Shown here piece after piece: positions 43,268 to 51,396 of a DNA stretch of 55,297 nucleotides (position 1 is the stretch's first letter; every line of letters begins with the position of its first letter). Source of the DNA: Candidatus Micrarchaeota archaeon (lineage in GTDB: Archaea; Micrarchaeota; Micrarchaeia; Micrarchaeales; Micrarchaeaceae); assembly GCA_027365735.1 (NCBI GenBank), contig DAHXLY010000032.1, positions 1 to 55,297 of the forward strand, given 5' to 3'. The position numbers were made by a program, and so were the translations under genes. Under the pieces are notes generated by a model, which did not search any database, was not told where the DNA came from, and saw nothing but the letters and a program-made list of their open reading frames with translations.

Positions 43268-43858
43268 ATGCAGAGAAGTATGCAGCTGAAGCCACCAAAA
43301 CCATACACGATCAGCCAGGAGGCCCTGGACGCGATACTCGCAGAACCATCGCCAATCGAGCCGAGGAGACCGGAGCCGCAGGCGGCACAGCAGGCTGACA
43401 AAAACGATTTCAGGCAGGTCAGGGGCGCTACCGGGAAGATGTTGTACATCCTTGAAAAAGAGGCAAATCATCCAGATTCGATGAAACTCCTTTCAGAGGC
43501 CGGGCTGAGGCTGCTGTCATACCAGGAAATCTTTTCTCTCCTGATGGAGGACGAGCAGCTCAAGAACGCCCTGAAGGGAAAGTGGTTCTGGATTGCGGGA
43601 CAGGGCATGAACAAATATGGTATTTTTACAATTGATGAAAAGGGAGGGCTTGTTCCACTTCCACAAGGATTCTTCAAGAAGAAAACCTCAGTAGAACAGA
43701 AGGTTGGTGTTTCGCATGGAAACCAGCCGCTGTCGTTCTACGTCTATTCGGACTCCGGCGCCGCCCTCAATGGCAGGCGTTTCTACCTGTTTGCCGACGG
43801 CAAGCCGCGGGCTGTCGCTCCGGCGGTGGTCGGAGTGCCGGTCGCAAATAAAGTATAG
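43268..43858 (+). CDS. LKPPKPYTIS-family protein, copy C (196 aa), unknown function
   Basis: MQRSMQLKPPKPYTISQEALDAILAEPSPIEPRRPEPQAAQQADKNDFRQVRGATGKMLYILEK..., colinear with copies A, B and E. Confidence 0.85.
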   Translation: MQRSMQLKPPKPYTISQEALDAILAEPSPIEPRRPEPQAAQQADKNDFRQVRGATGKMLYILEKEANHPDSMKLLSEAGLRLLSYQEIFSLLMEDEQLKNALKGKWFWIAGQGMNKYGIFTIDEKGGLVPLPQGFFKKKTSVEQKVGVSHGNQPLSFYVYSDSGAALNGRRFYLFADGKPRAVAPAVVGVPVANKV

Positions 43859-43955
43859 CGTTCAGGCCAGGATTTACCTGTTTTTTCGGTCGACACCAAA
43901 CTTAATAAGGCTTGTCGTGCAATACAATACCTGGGGCGGCTTCTTTTGAAGTCAC

Positions 43956-46900
43956 ATGCGTGAGTTGATGCTTGCAGCTACCATTCTAGTCGCGATTATC
44001 GCATTTCTGACAATATTCGTTCCGGGAATGCTTCTAGCCCTCGCGCTATTGAGGAAGACGGAGCTGAACCTGTTCGAGATATCCGTAATAGGGTTCATAC
44101 TCGGGTTCATGGAGACCCCTACGGTCGTATGGTTGGAATCATACCTCATGAATACGTTGCATTTCTTCTCGTTTTCACTCGGGCTCTACCTGCTAAATGC
44201 CATAGCGCTTTCCATAATAGGATTTGCCCTCTGCGTATGGCAGGGGGTTTTCAAGGACTTCAAAAAACAGTATATAGCTGGGCATGACGGCAGCACCATA
44301 AGGAAGATGCCGCAGTGGGTCCTGGCTGTGCTGCTGTTCATCATGCTTCTCACGTTCATAACCAGGATACAGGGCATCGCGACCGCCCCTACATTCTTCG
44401 AATTTGACCCGTACTTCGACATGATCGATACGAACTACATCCTTACCTACGGCCAGCAGCTCCTGCTCGATCCGTCCGCCTGGCCTTCGGTGCCCGGCGG
44501 GACCAACCACAGGATAGAACCGCTTATACCATACACCGAGGCGTTTTGGTATTCGCTATCAAATTCACTCGGGTCAAACTACCAGCAGCTTAACACCACC
44601 CTCATGAGCCTAGTCGGGAGCGTTTATCCGCCGATCGTGGCTGTGCTGTTGGTGTTCGCGATATTCGTGCTGGTCTATCACGAGTACAACGAGCACATCG
44701 CTCTCATAGCCGCGGCTCTCACCGCAACCATGCCGGTCCTGCTCACTACATTCATAGCCGGAGAGCAGCTCGTCGAGCCGTGGGGCATATTCGCGATGTT
44801 CTTCTTCATAATGGCGTACATGCTTTGCGTCAGGAACCCGAAGAACACAAGGCTTGCGATACTCGCCGGGATTGCATACATAGCCAACTTCGTCGGGGCT
44901 CACTATTACACCGTTACTATGGGCGTTTTCGTCGCTTACATGCTCCTCCAGGGAACGGTGGACATCCTCCGCGGCACCACATCCAAGGACTTCTACAGGT
45001 CCAACGCGATAATAATACTGATGACAATCGTATTCCTCGCGGTCTACCTTCCGTACAGCTCAACCCTTCAGAATAGAATCCCGTCAGTGGGCGGGATTCC
45101 GCTGACGCTTGCGGGTCCGGTGCTTGCCCTTCTGGCGATTGCGGTGATAGACTACCTGCCAAGGGAGATGGTGAAGAGGAAGATACTCATCAGCCAGCTC
45201 GACTTCAATACAAGGCTTGCTTCATTCGTCGTCCTCGGCCTGCTCAGCCTCATACTGATCGCAGTAACCCCGCTCGGCAAGGCGGCATTAGGTTACATCA
45301 ACCTCAGCAGCAAGTTCACCACCCCCTCCAGCCCGCTCTTCATGACCGTTGAGGAGTACATCCCGACCGGCCTGACCTACAACTTCGGGGCGCAGGGGTT
45401 CGGGGTAATCGGCGCCAGCACATTTGGGTTGCCGCTAATAATATGGATTGTCTGCCTGCTCGCCCTCGCGCTCATCGCGATAAGCGTCTACTACAGGAAG
45501 AGCAGGACCGGCATACTCTACATGGCGATCGCCTTGCCGCTGATGTTCGCCGGGTTCTCAGAGGTGAAGTACCTCCCGCACTTCGGCGTGGCCTATATAA
45601 TCTTCATCGCGATAATCCTCGGAGAGCTCATCTACATGTCGGAACGAAAGTTCGCATTCAGGGAGTTCGCGAACAAGGAGGTTACCGACGAACAGTCGCA
45701 CGGCATCCTTTCACACACCAAATACACAACGTCCGCCACCTACGCGGTGCTCTTGGTAGGGTTGTTCTTTGTTTCATCCCTCGCTGCGTTGCTCTACGCC
45801 GCCTATCTTGCGCTCACCGCAAAGAAGGCGGGCGACGGGTCAACAACTTCAACAACTCCCGTGTTCAACTCCACGGCCGCCTGGCTGATGTTCGGCATAT
45901 TTGCGGTCATAATGCTGATAGGGTACCTCTCAAACCACACCATCATAGCCGGGGAGTCGGGAACTTTCTACGATGCGATAAACTCGGCTGTGGTCGTCTC
46001 CACGACCCCTCCGTCGCAGGTTTGCACGGCAATATCCAACAGGGGCCTCAGCATGGGGTATGCGATCTATTGCAACAGCATCCCGCAGTACTGGCTGAAC
46101 TCCATGGCGTGGATAAAACAAAACGTAGGTCCGAACGCCCCGCGTGTGCTGGCGTGGTGGGACTACGGCGACTGGATCAACTGGTTCGGAAACAGCAACG
46201 CCTTCCTTAGGGGCGATAACGCCAATGCGATTGAGGACTACGCCACCGCCGCCCACTATGTCCTGGGCGACAAGTACAACCCGCAAAGCCTCGCCAACTT
46301 CATGAACACCAACCAGTCAAAGTACGTTCTGTTCGACCAGGACCTGATATCCAAGTGGGGAGCGCTTGATTTCTTAGGATGCGTTTATGCGAACGAAACA
46401 TCCCAGGCATTCGCCGTAGCACAGGGCCAGGCGTCGTCAAACCCGCAGCCCTACCTCCTCGGAACATCCTCATGCGAACAGGCCCACGACCCGCAGTTCG
46501 CCCTCATACCGCTTGCTGCGTTGGTCCCGTCAAACCAGTCGCAGAGCATAAACTTCTACTGCTCGATATCGACCAATTCCACTCCATACGTCCAGGCCCC
46601 GCTCATAATCGGGCAGAACTACTCCAACCAGTCGGTGTGCGTCGACATCAACCCGAACAAGAATGGGGTGCTTAGCCTCTACAATTCGACCGGGAAGAAG
46701 CTCAATGCGGTGATACAGTCCAGCTTCTACCTGGGTGTGGTGAACGTCGGCGGGACTCCATACGTGGAGTACATGATGATATACCTGCCCGGCGCCAACG
46801 GCACCGTGGTCAATCCGCCGTCGCAGTTCTACACCTCGAACTACTACAGGGGCTTCATACTAGGCAAGCTGCCCGGATTCACGCAGGTCTACCCGCAGAA

Positions 46901-47030
46901 CGCGACCGGCATAAACTTCGTGAACGGCACCTATGCGGTAAGGATATACGCGCTCAACAACTTCACCGGCCAATTGCCGCCGGTACCGGTGAAGCCGTCG
47001 TGGATACACAACAACTACTCGATGCCATAA
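43956..47030 (+). CDS. aglB: oligosaccharyltransferase AglB (STT3 family)
   Basis: 1024 aa with a multi-TM N-terminal half, then the WWDYG motif (PRVLAWWDYGDWINWFG) and a large soluble C-terminal domain rich in N-x-S/T sequons. Confidence 0.9.
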   Translation: MRELMLAATILVAIIAFLTIFVPGMLLALALLRKTELNLFEISVIGFILGFMETPTVVWLESYLMNTLHFFSFSLGLYLLNAIALSIIGFALCVWQGVFKDFKKQYIAGHDGSTIRKMPQWVLAVLLFIMLLTFITRIQGIATAPTFFEFDPYFDMIDTNYILTYGQQLLLDPSAWPSVPGGTNHRIEPLIPYTEAFWYSLSNSLGSNYQQLNTTLMSLVGSVYPPIVAVLLVFAIFVLVYHEYNEHIALIAAALTATMPVLLTTFIAGEQLVEPWGIFAMFFFIMAYMLCVRNPKNTRLAILAGIAYIANFVGAHYYTVTMGVFVAYMLLQGTVDILRGTTSKDFYRSNAIIILMTIVFLAVYLPYSSTLQNRIPSVGGIPLTLAGPVLALLAIAVIDYLPREMVKRKILISQLDFNTRLASFVVLGLLSLILIAVTPLGKAALGYINLSSKFTTPSSPLFMTVEEYIPTGLTYNFGAQGFGVIGASTFGLPLIIWIVCLLALALIAISVYYRKSRTGILYMAIALPLMFAGFSEVKYLPHFGVAYIIFIAIILGELIYMSERKFAFREFANKEVTDEQSHGILSHTKYTTSATYAVLLVGLFFVSSLAALLYAAYLALTAKKAGDGSTTSTTPVFNSTAAWLMFGIFAVIMLIGYLSNHTIIAGESGTFYDAINSAVVVSTTPPSQVCTAISNRGLSMGYAIYCNSIPQYWLNSMAWIKQNVGPNAPRVLAWWDYGDWINWFGNSNAFLRGDNANAIEDYATAAHYVLGDKYNPQSLANFMNTNQSKYVLFDQDLISKWGALDFLGCVYANETSQAFAVAQGQASSNPQPYLLGTSSCEQAHDPQFALIPLAALVPSNQSQSINFYCSISTNSTPYVQAPLIIGQNYSNQSVCVDINPNKNGVLSLYNSTGKKLNAVIQSSFYLGVVNVGGTPYVEYMMIYLPGANGTVVNPPSQFYTSNYYRGFILGKLPGFTQVYPQNATGINFVNGTYAVRIYALNNFTGQLPPVPVKPSWIHNNYSMP

Positions 47031-47083
47031 CTCGGTCGCAGAGCGCCCTTTTATAAGAACCGATCCAAGGTATTCGTGATTCC

Positions 47084-47674
47084 ATGGTGATAAAGCTGAT
47101 ACTTTTCGACATAGACAAGACGCTGCAGCATCATGACGCAGCGAGCTACTACGCCTACCTTTCGGGGCTCACGGGCAGGAGCGAGAAGGCAATCAGAAGG
47201 TTCTGTCTTCCCATGGACCATGCAATAGACGCCGGGAAGCTGAGGCAAACGACCTTCAACAGGAAGGTCGCAAGGTTCCTTAGGCTTCCGGTGGAAAAGA
47301 CCGACTACATAAGATTTTGCAGGGGTGAAATATACCAATACAAGGAGATGCACCGGCTCGCTAACCAGCTGCACAGTCGCTATGAAATTGGCTGCCTGAG
47401 CAACATGGCCAGGGAACGGTGGAATCTCCTTACTAAGAAGGCAATGGGGGATATCGATTTTGATTATTATTTTATCTCCTATGCGTTCGGGGTAATAAAG
47501 CCGAATCCTGGGATATTCAAGGCTGTGCTGGAAAGATTAGGCATGCCTCCCGGCGAGGTGCTATTCATCGACGACAAGGCGGAGAACATCGCCGCCGCAA
47601 GGAAGATTGGGATGAAGGGCATCCGTTTCACCGGCGTAGCAAAACTCAGAAAGGACCTCCGACGAACCCTATAA
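47084..47674 (+). CDS. HAD-superfamily hydrolase
   Basis: Motif I LILFDIDKTL and motif IV VLFIDDKAENIAAARKIGMKGIRF. Substrate unknown. Confidence 0.75.
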   Translation: MVIKLILFDIDKTLQHHDAASYYAYLSGLTGRSEKAIRRFCLPMDHAIDAGKLRQTTFNRKVARFLRLPVEKTDYIRFCRGEIYQYKEMHRLANQLHSRYEIGCLSNMARERWNLLTKKAMGDIDFDYYFISYAFGVIKPNPGIFKAVLERLGMPPGEVLFIDDKAENIAAARKIGMKGIRFTGVAKLRKDLRRTL

Positions 47675-47677
47675 ATA
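47670..47677 (+). promoter_or_regulatory. TATA box upstream of tRNA-Ile
   Basis: TATAAATA overlaps the HAD stop codon and is centred about 30 nt upstream of tRNA position 1 (47704). Confidence 0.45.
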
Positions 47678-47703
47678 TCTTGTTTTAAAAGAGAATCTGC
47701 GAT

Positions 47704-47778
47704 GGGCTCGTAGCTCAGCCTGGTTAGAGCGCTGGTCTTATAAGCCAGATGTCCGGAGTTCAAATCTCCGCGGGCCCA
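47704..47778 (+). tRNA. tRNA-Ile: tRNA-Ile (anticodon TAT)
   Basis: GGGCTCGTAGCTCAGCCTGGTTAGAGCGCTGGTCTTATAAGCCAGATGTCCGGAGTTCAAATCTCCGCGGGCCCA. D-arm GCTC/GAGC, anticodon arm CTGGT-CTTATAA-GCCAG, so positions 34-36 are TAT. Confidence 0.88.
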
Positions 47779-47790
47779 TTTAGTGATACT

Positions 47791-48558
47791 GTGATTACAA
47801 CAAAGGTCATTCCAAAGGTGCAGTTCCGTGTAGCCGGGCTTGACGAGTTCTTTCCATACATCCATCAGATAGTTACCAACACGACGCCGTATGGGTTCGG
47901 TAGAAATCTTTACAGGGAGTATCCCGATCTCAAGGGGCGATTGGATGCCCACGAATCTATCGATGACAAGGTCGGCGCAGCACACGATTTCTTCTACCGG
48001 AAGTTTGTTGAGGAGAAACCAAGGATGGATCTGGCGGTGGGTCGTTTCCAGGTGATATGGGACGCAATCAACGATTCAATCATGCGAGCGCTGGCTGATG
48101 TATTGCAGATTGACTGGGCAGACAAGGACAGGCTTATCACGGCATCCCTGACTTTGAACGTCATGTGCCCACGGTTCCTTGATAGAAGGGAATTTCACGT
48201 CTTTTACAGGGGCACTGCTGAACGGACTATAGATACATGCGTTCACGAGCTACTCCACTTTATATATTTTGAGAAATGGAAAGAGGTATTCCCATCATGG
48301 AACGAAAGCGAGTTCCAATCCCCACATCTGATATGGAAACTGAGCGAGATGATGCCCGGAATCGTCCTAAATGATCCACGGATACAGTCCATCCTGCACC
48401 AGAAATTCACTATGTACAAAATATTTGAGGACACCCTAATTGAGGGCCATCCATTACGCGCCCATCTGCAGAGCCTTTATGATAACAGGACAGATTTTAC
48501 CGATTTCCTGAGGAGGGCGTTCGAGTTCGTAAAGGCACACGAAAATGAAATCCCATGA
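47791..48558 (+). CDS. hypothetical protein with HExxH motif (putative zinc metallopeptidase-like)
   Basis: The ORF is open from inside the tRNA. The first plausible start after the tRNA is GTG at 47791. Contains TCVHELLHFIYFEKW (HELLH). No family recognised. Confidence 0.5.
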   Translation: MITTKVIPKVQFRVAGLDEFFPYIHQIVTNTTPYGFGRNLYREYPDLKGRLDAHESIDDKVGAAHDFFYRKFVEEKPRMDLAVGRFQVIWDAINDSIMRALADVLQIDWADKDRLITASLTLNVMCPRFLDRREFHVFYRGTAERTIDTCVHELLHFIYFEKWKEVFPSWNESEFQSPHLIWKLSEMMPGIVLNDPRIQSILHQKFTMYKIFEDTLIEGHPLRAHLQSLYDNRTDFTDFLRRAFEFVKAHENEIP

Positions 48559-48776
48559 CCGAGGGATTAGGATTAGACTCCGTTCGTATGCTTTGCATGA
48601 CCAATTTCTACCTACGTATGCGACAAAACACGCATTGGTGCGCAAGGGGGGATAAGCCCATGTGTGGTGCAAATTGTGAGGGGGGAGTCAAGGCATTTAA
48701 GGAATACCGATATGATCCTGGCAGGTATAAGTAGTGGGCTCTTTTTATACTTTTTCTCTTATTTATAGCCGATAGG

Positions 48777-49187
48777 ATGGTCGACAATTCATGCTGCCGG
48801 TTCTGCAGCGACGATATCCGAAAGCAGGGCATAATCTACGAGGACAGGCGGTGCTATGTGGTGCTGAACGAGTTCCCTGTCAACAGGGGCCATCTGCTAG
48901 TCATCTCAAAGGGGCATTTCGTCGACCTGATAGAGACGGATGACAACTTCATCTGCGACATGTTCGTGGTCGCAAAGAGGATGGCGATGCGTATCGAGGA
49001 CAGACTCAAGCCGATGGGTGGAATACAGGTTGTCGCCAACATGTGCGGGGCGGAGGAGCTGTTCCACACCCACATCCACGTGATCCCTTTCTACAAGGCG
49101 GTGCACAGGAAGCGGCCCGTTTTCTCCAAGAACCCGGAGCTGACGCAGAAAGACAGGAAAAAGCTAATTTCAATCCTGTCGAAGTAA
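48777..49187 (+). CDS. HIT-family (histidine triad) protein
   Basis: CRFC...VVLNEFPVNRGHLLVISKGHF...HTHIHVIP (H-x-H-x-H-x-x). Confidence 0.85.
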   Translation: MVDNSCCRFCSDDIRKQGIIYEDRRCYVVLNEFPVNRGHLLVISKGHFVDLIETDDNFICDMFVVAKRMAMRIEDRLKPMGGIQVVANMCGAEELFHTHIHVIPFYKAVHRKRPVFSKNPELTQKDRKKLISILSK

Positions 49188-49490
49188 TTAGTAATGAAGG
49201 TGCTTCTCCTTCCCGCATCTGTTGCATACGTAAGCGACATACTTGTGCGAACTTACGACATTTACCCTGCAGTTCAACCCCGGCACGAGGAGGGTCCTGC
49301 AGGCGGCGCATATCCTGTCCTTCATCTTCTTTGGAATCGGGACCTTGTAGTGCGTGCTTATGCGCTTGAGGGTCTCGACGTACCTGTGTGCGAGGCCTTG
49401 GTTTTCGTTTATCATGCTTTCCGAGAGCCCGAAAAGCAGCTCTATCCTCTCGGCAGCTATCTTCTTCACCAGGTCCTTCCTCTCCTTCAT
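49188..49490 (-). CDS. rnp4: RNase P protein component 4 (Rpp21/Rpr2)
   Basis: AAERIELLFGLSE...LAHRYVETLKRISTHYKVPIPKKMKDRICAACRTLLVPGLNCRVNV...YVCNRCG (zinc ribbon). Confidence 0.8.
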   Translation of the reverse strand: MKERKDLVKKIAAERIELLFGLSESMINENQGLAHRYVETLKRISTHYKVPIPKKMKDRICAACRTLLVPGLNCRVNVVSSHKYVAYVCNRCGKEKHLHY

Positions 49491-49514
49491 ATGCTCAGCG
49501 ATAAATAGGATAGC

Positions 49515-50048
49515 TCAGATCGCTCCAAGCTGCTGGAGCAGCTCCTGCATCGGCTGCTCGAGGTTGTCGCTCGATATGGTGATCAGGTTGTTGGCAATCT
49601 CAATGTCCTTGTCGGTCGGCACACCGTGGAAGAGCTGCACCTGCCTCAGCGACTCGGGGTCCTTGGGCGTCGCGACCTTCTTATTGGTAATTATGTTGGC
49701 CCGCGCCGCGATGCGGATCGCATTGTTTATCGCGCCGACTATCTTGCCGCTCTGGTTAAATTGGAGAAGCATGTCGAGGAACGGCCTGTATTCGTAGATC
49801 TTGTACTCATCCAAACCCGGACCGTCTGCAATAACTATGCCGTCGTAATCCGACACCCTCGCCTTGTTGGTGTTGATGTCGGGCTTGTAGACCGCGCCGT
49901 GGTTCCCTATGCAGTCCTTGGTCGAATAGCTGGTCAGCTGGTACCGTATCCCCCACTTGTCGAAGAACATCTTGAGCATCGAGACCGTCTCGTCCCGGAA
50001 GTTGTTCGGGGCAATGAAAACCAGGAACCTCATCGTCTCATCTTCCAA
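49515..50048 (-). CDS. DJ-1/PfpI-like domain protein lacking the nucleophile Cys
   Basis: MRFLVFIAPNNFRDE...YDGIVIADGPG...GKIVGAINNAIRIAA follows the DJ-1/PfpI layout, but has AINNA where AICHG/P is expected. The start abuts the PCNA stop. Confidence 0.5.
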   Translation of the reverse strand: MEDETMRFLVFIAPNNFRDETVSMLKMFFDKWGIRYQLTSYSTKDCIGNHGAVYKPDINTNKARVSDYDGIVIADGPGLDEYKIYEYRPFLDMLLQFNQSGKIVGAINNAIRIAARANIITNKKVATPKDPESLRQVQLFHGVPTDKDIEIANNLITISSDNLEQPMQELLQQLGAI

Positions 50049-50792
50049 TCAAGACTCCATGTACGGAGCCAGGAAATAAGCGAGAGTTGCGTCGCCGATC
50101 TTGTAATCGATCTTTATCGGCTCCTCCGTCTTGAGTGACAGCGACACCGCCGATTCGGCTGGGCATGCGCTGATTATCCGCTCGAGGTACTCGAGGTTGA
50201 ATGTCGCTGATGAGGCCTTGCTCACGTCGAGCTTCTTTATCGCATCGGTATTGTTGAGGTGCTCCTCCTCCAGCTCTCCGGCGTCGCCCTTGGCTAGCAC
50301 CATAAAGGAGTTCTTGTCGGTCTTGAATCCCACATAAGTTGATAGGAGGTTCGCGTCCTTCAGTATTTCCTTGAGCGAATCGCTCTTCACCTCGATCATA
50401 GACTCGAAGGCGATCTTCGGCTCCTTGTCGGCGTCCTTCTTGACGTCTATCATCGGCAGTTTATACCTCCTGCGGCTGTTCGGGCCAATAAATTCTATTG
50501 CCAGCTTGTTGCCGCTGTCCTTCATGCTCAGCTGTTCGTCCGGCCTCGCGCTGGAGAGTATCTTGCTGAAGTTGTCCAGATTAAGCCCAACTCCGGTCTG
50601 CTTCTCGACTTCATACTTCGAGAACGCCTTGCTCGGGATGAAGAATGCGACCATGCTTATGCCCGAAGGGTCCATCGCGCGGAGGGTTATCCCCTCCTTT
50701 GATATGTTGAAGGTCCCCTCGTCCACTAAGCTCACTATAGAGTCCACGCAGTTTTTCCAATATTTCGCATTGTCTATCTTTATCTCGAACAT
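50049..50792 (-). CDS. pcn: DNA polymerase sliding clamp (PCNA)
   Basis: MFEIKIDNAKYWKNCVDSIVSLVDEGTFNISKEGITLRAMDPSGISMVAFFIP...YKIGDATLAYFLAPYMES, 247 aa. ATG at 50792. Confidence 0.9.
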   Translation of the reverse strand: MFEIKIDNAKYWKNCVDSIVSLVDEGTFNISKEGITLRAMDPSGISMVAFFIPSKAFSKYEVEKQTGVGLNLDNFSKILSSARPDEQLSMKDSGNKLAIEFIGPNSRRRYKLPMIDVKKDADKEPKIAFESMIEVKSDSLKEILKDANLLSTYVGFKTDKNSFMVLAKGDAGELEEEHLNNTDAIKKLDVSKASSATFNLEYLERIISACPAESAVSLSLKTEEPIKIDYKIGDATLAYFLAPYMES

Positions 50793-50923
50793 TTTATCAC
50801 TTCCTCTCTCCCAAGAACAGACGAAAAAGTACAAAACTATTCTATTCTAAAGGAATATAAACGTATTTGAACGGGGGAGGGATGCCACTACTCCGAGAGA
50901 AAAATACATCTCCTCGGCGAAAG

Positions 50924-51202
50924 TCAATTCTTTCCGCCCAGCACACAACTGCAGCTGTTGCAGCAGAAGCACCTCATGCGCCTCTTGCCGGAGAATATCA
51001 GTATTACCAACAACGCGGCAAGCCATGTATGGGCCGTGTACATTATGCCCATGGAGAATAGGGTGTTCAGCGCCCATATTAGTACCAGAGGAAGGGCTAT
51101 CAGGCCAAGAATTACCACCAAAATGCACCACCGTCCTCCGCAGCAGTTGCATCTGCCATTCGTTTTTCCCGTCTTCGCACCGGTCTTGGGCATGAATACC
51201 AC
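50924..51202 (-). CDS. small Cys-rich membrane protein
   Basis: 92 aa. CNCCGGRWC, then two hydrophobic helices, then CFCCNSCSC. It competes with ORFs 50847..51239 and 50958..51230, and this frame is the most protein-like. Confidence 0.4.
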   Translation of the reverse strand: MVFMPKTGAKTGKTNGRCNCCGGRWCILVVILGLIALPLVLIWALNTLFSMGIMYTAHTWLAALLVILIFSGKRRMRCFCCNSCSCVLGGKN

Positions 51203-51264
51203 AGGATGGCTCGGATGGAAGGGTTATTAAACGGTTCACCGTTGCCGGAAATAAAAAGGGAAAG

Positions 51265-51337
51265 TGGGGCTGTCGAGATTTGAACTCGAATCGCCAACTC
51301 CCGAAGCTGGCAGTATACCAGGTTAGCCCACAGCCCC
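51265..51337 (-). tRNA. tRNA-Pro: tRNA-Pro (anticodon CGG)
   Basis: Reverse complement GGGGCTGTGGGCTAACCTGGTATACTGCCAGCTTCGGGAGTTGGCGATTCGAGTTCAAATCTCGACAGCCCCA. Acceptor, anticodon (CCAGC-TTCGGGA-GTTGG) and T arms are clean. The D-stem pairs poorly in my hand fold. Confidence 0.8.
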
Positions 51338-51396
51338 GCTGTGGTTTCAGTGGTAAGTATTTGACGGAACAGCATTTAAGCCTTGGGATTAGCAGC

